Shown here: piece by piece, positions 58,131-64,000 of the stretch
How positions within the stretch are numbered: position 1 is the first letter of the stretch
How the letters are laid out: each line of letters begins with the position of its first letter
Assembly (NCBI GenBank): GCA_003483065.1
Contig: DMWY01000008.1
Span: 2,177-66,176 of the forward strand
Length of the DNA stretch: 64,000 nucleotides
Direction of reading: 5' to 3'
From: Candidatus Moraniibacteriota bacterium
GTDB lineage: Bacteria; Patescibacteriota; Minisyncoccia; Moranbacterales; UBA2206
Made by a program: the position numbers and the translations under genes
The notes under the pieces: generated by a model
Told to the model about the DNA's origin: nothing
The model's database searches: none
What the model saw: the letters and a program-made list of their open reading frames with translations, nothing else

Positions 58131-58278
58131 ATATAATTTTTGTTCAGTAACCCGCCTCTCATCGGCGGAAAGGCATACTAAGTAACACCAACAGCCTTCA
58201 GGGGCTGTTTTTCTGTGGGGGATTGACGAGTGAAATAGAGATGATATAATATCACCATAACAAATAAATATTAAAAAT

Positions 58279-59068
58279 ATGAACAATAATGTTTTTGAAG
58301 AAATAAAAAGAATTAATGAATATCAAAGTGAATATTGGTCGTCTCGTGATTTGGCTAAAGTGTTGGGTTATTCCAGCTACGATAAATTCCTAAATGTTAT
58401 TAATAAAGCCAAAGAAGCATGTGAAAATAGTGGTCAAGTTATCCACAACCATTTTTCCCATATGGACGAAATGGTTGAAATAGGTTCAGGCGCAAAAAGA
58501 GCAATTGATACAGTATATTTATCTCGTTATGCGTGTTATTTGATTATCCAAAATTCCGATCCATCCAAAGAAGTGGTTGCTTTGGGTCAAACATATTTCG
58601 CGATTCAAACTCGAAGACAAGAAAAATCAGATCAGTTAATAGAGGATAATAAAAGATTACATTTGCGTAGTGAAATAAAAACTCACAACACATCCTTAGC
58701 TGAAGCCGCGGAAAATGCGGGAGTTAGCAATTATGGAAAATTTCAAAATTATGGATATAGGGGATTGTATGGGGGGGCTGGACGCAAATGATATTCACAA
58801 AAAGAAAGGTTTAAAAAAATCTCAAAAAATACTTGATCATATGGGGAGCGAAGAATTGGCAGCTAACTTATTTCGCGCCACTCAAGCTGATGCAAAATTA
58901 CGCAGAGAAAAAATCCAAGGCGAAATTAACGCAAATTTGACGCATTTTCATGTCGGGCAAAAAGTTCGGCGTACAATTGAAGAATTGGGCGGAACAATGC
59001 CTGAAGAACTACCATCAGCAGATGGAATATCTGAGGCGAGGACTAGAATAAAAAAGATTAAAAATTAA
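58279..59068 (+). pseudogene. dinD: DNA-damage-inducible protein D, frameshifted at a G7 tract
   Basis: EYWSSRDL...LSRYACYLIIQNSDPSK...QTYFAIQTRRQE; continues in another frame after G7 (58771-58777) as LDHMGSEELAANLFRATQ...GGTMPEELP. Confidence 0.85.
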
Positions 59069-59114
59069 AAATTCTAAACCCATCAAATTCGACGGGTTTA
59101 ATAAAAATAATTTT

Positions 59115-59726
59115 TCATTCCTCCCACTCCAGCATTTTTCCAATTCTTGATTCCATGCGGTCGGCTTTTTGGAGATACATTATTTGCTTGCGATTCAAAA
59201 TAGGGGAGTGCTTAACGTCGGCCAGATATTCGGGGATATAGAAGATTTCTTCCTCGGTGGTCATCCAATCAAGATGATCAAAACGTTTCAAATTTATCGG
59301 AGCGGAAAAACTGCGCAGACTTTTTCGACCAGTAGTGTCAAAATATTCATGGAAATAGCTCATGGCCAATTCGCGAATGGAAGAATAGACCGGTTCGCGA
59401 TAGCGTAGAAAAACATGATTAGTTTTGGAAATGGCACCCCATTTGCCATATTTTTTGAAAACCGCCACGACATGATCAAAATCAGTTTTACTGGCCATAA
59501 GATCCAAAAGTAGGGGAGGTTGGCCATTGATGCGAAGAGCCAGCGCGGCCAGTGTGGCGCCTTCGATGCAGTGACAAACTTTTTTGTCGAGAACTGTCAT
59601 CGGCGAAAAACAAGTGTCGCCAGATTTTTCTAAATTCATTGGCATTGAATTCAAAAAAAGCTGAATCTTTTTGGGATCATCGAGGGCTTTCAAGATTTTC
59701 AATTTTTCTTTAGGAATGCCAAACAT
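59115..59726 (-). CDS. Hypothetical protein with transglutaminase/papain-like Cys and His motifs
   Basis: HCIEGA, DHVVAVF, WGAISKTNH, SYFHEY. Confidence 0.6.
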   Translation of the reverse strand: MFGIPKEKLKILKALDDPKKIQLFLNSMPMNLEKSGDTCFSPMTVLDKKVCHCIEGATLAALALRINGQPPLLLDLMASKTDFDHVVAVFKKYGKWGAISKTNHVFLRYREPVYSSIRELAMSYFHEYFDTTGRKSLRSFSAPINLKRFDHLDWMTTEEEIFYIPEYLADVKHSPILNRKQIMYLQKADRMESRIGKMLEWEE

Positions 59727-59728
59727 TT

Positions 59729-60685
59729 TTATTTAGCTAAAATAAAATTAAAAAGATAGCCAGTGAAAATTATTCCTGTGCCAACGACAGAGGCAAAAAT
59801 TAAAATTAATTTTATTTTCATTACTTTTCTAAGAATCATAAACTCAGGAAATGACAATCCGGTGACAGCCATCATAAAAGCCAGGCTCGTGCCAATGCTC
59901 ACACCTTTTTCGCTGAGTACGCCAACTAGTGGAATCACGCCAGCCGCGTTGGAATAGAGGGGAATTCCTAAAAGTACAGCCAAAGGCACGGCGTACCACT
60001 GGTTAGCGCCGGCGTATTGCGCGAGAAAATCCGTGGGCACATAGCCATGAATGATGGCTCCAATCCCAACGCCGATAATTATATAAACCCAAATGTTTTT
60101 TATAATCCCAAAAGTATAATTTTTGGCATAAACGGTTCTTTGTTTCCAAGAAAGCTCTGATAATTTTATCTGATTGGCAGTTTTATTTTTCTCCCCAAAA
60201 TTTTTCAATAAATTTTCTACTTTTAGTTTGCCAATAATAATTCCGGAAAAAATTGCAATGAGAAGTCCGCTTGTGACATAAAGCAGAGCAATTTTCCAAC
60301 CAAACATCCCGAGAAGCATTATCAGTGCCACTTCATTTATCATGGGTGAGGCGACTAAAAAAGAAAAAGTGGTGCCCAGTGGCACGCCGGCTTCCAAAAA
60401 ACCAAGGAACAGCGGAATGGCTGAACAAGTGCAAAAAGGAGTAATGATGCCAAAAAGTGATGCCAAGATATTGCCAAAATATTTTTTCTCTTGCGAGAGA
60501 ATCTTTCTGATTTTTTCCGGCGGGAGATATGAGCGCAGAAGAGACACGAAAAAAATAATGACGATTAATAACAAAAATATTTTAATTGTGTCATAAATGA
60601 AAAAATTAACCGCTTCAGCAAGAAGTGTTTCCGGGGTAATCTTAAAGATTGAATAAGTGAGCCAATCAGCAAAAATTTTTAGCAT
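59729..60685 (-). CDS. ArsP/DUF318-family permease
   Basis: TPFCTCSAIP, FLVASP, GIPLYSNAAG, LSFPE. Confidence 0.85.
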   Translation of the reverse strand: MLKIFADWLTYSIFKITPETLLAEAVNFFIYDTIKIFLLLIVIIFFVSLLRSYLPPEKIRKILSQEKKYFGNILASLFGIITPFCTCSAIPLFLGFLEAGVPLGTTFSFLVASPMINEVALIMLLGMFGWKIALLYVTSGLLIAIFSGIIIGKLKVENLLKNFGEKNKTANQIKLSELSWKQRTVYAKNYTFGIIKNIWVYIIIGVGIGAIIHGYVPTDFLAQYAGANQWYAVPLAVLLGIPLYSNAAGVIPLVGVLSEKGVSIGTSLAFMMAVTGLSFPEFMILRKVMKIKLILIFASVVGTGIIFTGYLFNFILAK

Positions 60686-60689
60686 AAAA

Positions 60690-61967
60690 TTATTTTAATA
60701 ATTCAGCGAAATTATTTTTAGTTTCTTCAAAAAGTTTAATTTGCTCTCCGACGATTGGTTCGCCTTTAGGCAAGTCGAGTTTTAGGGGATTAACAGGGGA
60801 GCCATTGAGTTTTACTCCATAATCCAGATGCGGTCCAGTCGACCAACCGGTCGAACCAACATAGCCAATGATTTGCCCGCGACTAACATGCATACCTGAA
60901 CGCAAACCCTTGGCATAGGCGCTCAAATGTCCATAGTGGGAAGTATAGCCATTGTCGTGAATCAAGCGAATGATATTGCCCCAGCCATTTTCCCATCCAG
61001 CGCTGGCGACTGTGCCGTTGGCGGAGGCGACCACAGGTGTACCAGTCGGCGCGGCGTAGTCAATTTGATAGTGGGCGGAAACTTTTCGGGTGATTGGATG
61101 CATGCGCGCTCCCGTAAAGCCGGAAGAGATATGGCGATAGCTCAGTGGAGCTTTCAGAAATTGTCGCTCAAGTAGCCGACCTTCGGCGTCATAGTATCCA
61201 CCTTTGCCACCATTATCAAAATAGTAGGCGAAATAGCTAGTGCCGGAGTTAATAAATTTTGCGCCCAAAACTTTTCCGTCGGGCGCAACATCCCCGTCTC
61301 TCAATCGTTTCTCATAAACAATTACAAACTCATCATCTTTTTGAATTTCAGTGGTAAAGTCAATGTCGAAAGAAAAAATATCACCTACTTCCAAAACAGT
61401 GGCTTCTTGCAATCCCGCCTCCATGGCGTCGACATAAAAAAAGTTTTCAATTTTTCCTCGCGCAATACTTTGAGAAATTTCATAGGAAATTTTTTCTTCA
61501 CGCGCGCTAAACTCATCGTCTTTTCGTTCCACAATAATTAGTGCTTCATTATTTCTGTCATATTCAATGCGCTTAGTTTTTTCCTCCTCACCAAAATAGA
61601 AACGCAGTTTTTGGCCAATCTTAATATTGGTGAAATTATAAACATCTTTAGAGGCATCTAAAAGTGACACCACATCATTGGCATCCAGCTTTCCGTTTGA
61701 CTGGAAAACTTCAGCTGGAATGTCGCCAGTCGAGACTGTATATTCCACCACGCGATCAGTGTTTTTTTTCGTCTCAGCCTGCGTGGGTATCTCAGTTTGT
61801 GTAGAAATTTCTTTAGCCGATTCTTTTTCAACGAAGATGATGTTTTTTAGCCAGACGGTTCCTTTGAAAAGCACAAAAATAATAAGCAAAAAAAACAAGC
61901 CCACAAAAAGTTTTCTTCGGGTGCTATATTTTTTTACTCGCAAGTTTTGTCGCTCTCGTATTTCCAT
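60690..61967 (-). CDS. M23-family peptidoglycan endopeptidase (MepM-like)
   Basis: HYQIDYAA (HxxxD), YGHLS, GSTGWSTGPHL; N-terminal TM. Confidence 0.9.
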   Translation of the reverse strand: MEIRERQNLRVKKYSTRRKLFVGLFFLLIIFVLFKGTVWLKNIIFVEKESAKEISTQTEIPTQAETKKNTDRVVEYTVSTGDIPAEVFQSNGKLDANDVVSLLDASKDVYNFTNIKIGQKLRFYFGEEEKTKRIEYDRNNEALIIVERKDDEFSAREEKISYEISQSIARGKIENFFYVDAMEAGLQEATVLEVGDIFSFDIDFTTEIQKDDEFVIVYEKRLRDGDVAPDGKVLGAKFINSGTSYFAYYFDNGGKGGYYDAEGRLLERQFLKAPLSYRHISSGFTGARMHPITRKVSAHYQIDYAAPTGTPVVASANGTVASAGWENGWGNIIRLIHDNGYTSHYGHLSAYAKGLRSGMHVSRGQIIGYVGSTGWSTGPHLDYGVKLNGSPVNPLKLDLPKGEPIVGEQIKLFEETKNNFAELLK

Positions 61968-61994
61968 AAATCTAATTATATCATAGCCACAAAA

Positions 61995-62018
61995 AAACCG
62001 CCCCTTGCAGGGCGGTTT
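61995..62018 (-). terminator. Terminator after the cold-shock gene
   Basis: AAACCGCCC...GGGCGGTTT with an A-run on the plus strand. Confidence 0.7.
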
Positions 62019-62038
62019 AGTTTAAATACTAAAAAGTA

Positions 62039-62239
62039 TTAGATCTTTGATACGTTGACAGCGCATGGTCCTTTTGGGCTTTCGCTTACTTCGAACTGTA
62101 CCTTGTCACCTTCTCGCAGTTCTTCAAAGGTTACACCTTGAAGTTCTTTTGAATGAAAGAAAAGATCTTTGTCATTTCCTTCTCGGGAAATGAATCCAAA
62201 TCCTCGATCAGTCAATTTTTTGATTGTTCCTTGTTCCAT
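62039..62239 (-). CDS. Cold-shock protein
   Basis: RGFGFI, LFFH, L.EGDKV.F, KGP.A.NV; promoter TTGACA-17nt-TATACT at 62366-62338. Confidence 0.95.
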   Translation of the reverse strand: MEQGTIKKLTDRGFGFISREGNDKDLFFHSKELQGVTFEELREGDKVQFEVSESPKGPCAVNVSKI

Positions 62240-62362
62240 TGTGATAGAGATATAGGTTATTTAAATTGTTCCACTAGAGGCTTTGCAAAAAAGTTCGACG
62301 ATTCTTCTAACTGCAGGCTTATTGGGACTTGTAGACTAGTATACGCCTCTTTTTTGATTTTG

Positions 62363-63622
62363 TCAATGGCTGTGGGAACTGGATTTTCCAGCTGAATATC
62401 CCGTAGTCCAAGCGATTTGGAGGTTGTATCCGCCGGTTGGTCCGTCGAGATCCAATACTTCTCCAGCGATAAATAAATTAGAAATAATTTTTGAGCGCAT
62501 AGTTTTGTTTTCTACTTCCTTGAGGCTCACTCCGCCGGAAGTTATCATGGCTGATTCAAAATCCAAAAGTGAATCGACACTCAGACGAATGTTTTTCAAA
62601 AGCTTAGCTAAGTTATTGCGATGAGTTTTGCCAAGAGAATAAATTTTTCGGTCGGTTTCAAGCTTAGAAAGTTCTAAAATTGTGAGAGCTAATTTTTGCG
62701 AAAAATATTCAGCCAGATAATTTTTCAAATCTTTTTTCTTATATTCTTCAAAATCTATTTTCAATTTTTCTTCTAGTACATTTTGTGTGAAAGTGGGGAA
62801 GAGGTCAAGTTCCAAAAAGATTTCACCTTTGGAAATATTTTGACTAACATATTTGCTGGCGTTAATAACGGCTGGTCCGGAAAGGCCAAAATGAGTGAAA
62901 AGAATTTCTCCAGTTATTTCGAATATTTTTTTGTCTTGTTGTAATATTTTTATCCCGACATTTGGAAGGCTCACTCCCGGCAACTCCTTGACCCAGCGTT
63001 CTTTTATTTTTATAGGCGTTAGTGCCGGAGCAGGAGAAATGATAGTGTGTCCCATTTTTTCAAGCCATGCATATCCATCGCCAATCGAACCAGTGGTGGG
63101 AAAAGATTTTCCGCCAGTAGAAAGAATGAAATTTTTGGCATAGATTTTTCGCTCAGCTGTTTTGACGTAGACTATTTTTGCATTCTCAAGTTCAAAATCC
63201 AAAACATTTTGATTGAGTTTCACTACCACTCCATTTTTTTTCAAACTTTTTTTCAAGGCATCTAGCACATCTTGCGCTTTGTCGCTCTCGGGGAAAACTC
63301 GGCCGTCTTTTTCAGTTTTTAGTTTGAGCTCCAATCTCGCAAAAAATTCTTGCGTTTCGCGCGGACCAAAAATAGCCAAACCAGAAAAAAGAAACTTACC
63401 ACTTTTGCCAAGTTTTTCCACAAACTCTCGATTGGAAAAATTAGCCTGCGTGAGGTTGCACCGGCCATTGCCAGTCAAAAGCAATTTTTTCCCTATCGTA
63501 GAATTCTTCTCAATGATGGCTACTTTTTCGCCATTTTCGCTCGCCAGAATCCCCGCCATCATCCCAGACGCTCCACCTCCAATAATTACAACATCAAATT
63601 TTTCTTCTTTTAGATTATTCAT
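62363..63622 (-). CDS. HI0933/YhiN-family flavoprotein
   Basis: IGGGASG, GKKLLLTGNGRCN, GRVFP, TGG, LFTHFGLSGP, TGGYNLQ. Confidence 0.93.
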   Translation of the reverse strand: MNNLKEEKFDVVIIGGGASGMMAGILASENGEKVAIIEKNSTIGKKLLLTGNGRCNLTQANFSNREFVEKLGKSGKFLFSGLAIFGPRETQEFFARLELKLKTEKDGRVFPESDKAQDVLDALKKSLKKNGVVVKLNQNVLDFELENAKIVYVKTAERKIYAKNFILSTGGKSFPTTGSIGDGYAWLEKMGHTIISPAPALTPIKIKERWVKELPGVSLPNVGIKILQQDKKIFEITGEILFTHFGLSGPAVINASKYVSQNISKGEIFLELDLFPTFTQNVLEEKLKIDFEEYKKKDLKNYLAEYFSQKLALTILELSKLETDRKIYSLGKTHRNNLAKLLKNIRLSVDSLLDFESAMITSGGVSLKEVENKTMRSKIISNLFIAGEVLDLDGPTGGYNLQIAWTTGYSAGKSSSHSH

Positions 63623-63696
63623 AATAATTTCATCCTAGCATTGTTTGGAATTTTTTCCTATGCTTTTGATTTATTGAGAAAAAAAGAATGCTGAAT

Positions 63697-63999
63697 TCAA
63701 GCTACTAACGCAAATTTCTGATTATTAATTAGTTCGTAAAATTTTTCAGCAGGCGTATAATACCCCAAAGTTTTTCTAGGCCTAGCATTTAGTTTGTTTT
63801 CAACTTCTTTAATTCTTTTAACACTTACTTCTTTGAAATCAGTTCCTTTAGGAAAATATTGACGAATTAATCCGTTAGTATTTTCATTGGTGCCTCTCTG
63901 CCAAGGACTATGCGGATCAGCAAAGAAAACTTTGATTTTAGTTTCTTTGGTAAAAAGTTTATGCTGAGACATTTCACTACCACGATCATAAGTTAAGCT
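63697..63999 (-). CDS. IS30-family transposase, C-terminal part (continues past the window end)
   Basis: SLTYDRGSEM, FADPHSPWQRGTNENTNGLIRQYFPKG, LNARPRKTLGY. Confidence 0.93.
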   Translation of the reverse strand, partial: SLTYDRGSEMSQHKLFTKETKIKVFFADPHSPWQRGTNENTNGLIRQYFPKGTDFKEVSVKRIKEVENKLNARPRKTLGYYTPAEKFYELINNQKFALVA

Positions 64000-64000
64000 T

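Noticed and set aside
51250-59068. Prophage, suggested by BRO and KilA-N genes
   Set aside because: No integrase, terminase, structural or lysis genes; better read as an accessory island.

Overview
AT-rich bacterial chromosome segment read with the standard code. Gene content and style (type IV pilus operon, stand-alone receivers, Lys-rich RpoD N-terminus, TrmB regulator, many orphans) point to a Patescibacteria/CPR genome, possibly Parcubacteria such as Moranbacteria; this is inference. In order, the window holds: a pilin 3' end; a signalling cluster of two kinase-less sensors, one large histidine kinase and two receivers; dnaG-rpoD; two paralogous leader-peptide attenuators; pheA, tyrA-CM and an aminotransferase; a csoR-copA copper operon; ABC and envelope genes; a C5-methyltransferase R-M pair; uppP; purD split by an IS; a kinase-receiver-pil operon; four tRNAs; vanW, hsp20, prsW and tsaD; an ECF sigma pair; a tRNA-Glu-anchored accessory/defence island; and housekeeping genes ending in an IS30 fragment. 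The strongest leads are: (1) a duplicated attenuator with swapped control codons (Ile/Leu/Val versus Phe/Tyr/Trp); (2) kinase-less sensors ending in a shared MxGRExKMIELK coiled coil next to a kinase with an RxAMLNxLED coil, suggesting plug-in sensing; (3) an IS that splits purD near a domain boundary and supplies an in-frame restart; (4) a small convergent RNA candidate behind a NYN RNase; (5) GIY-YIG mini-elements that regenerate their targets; (6) DNA palindromes inside BRO, KilA-N and DinD coding sequences, with stray variant copies. All family calls come from motif recognition by eye, not database searches.
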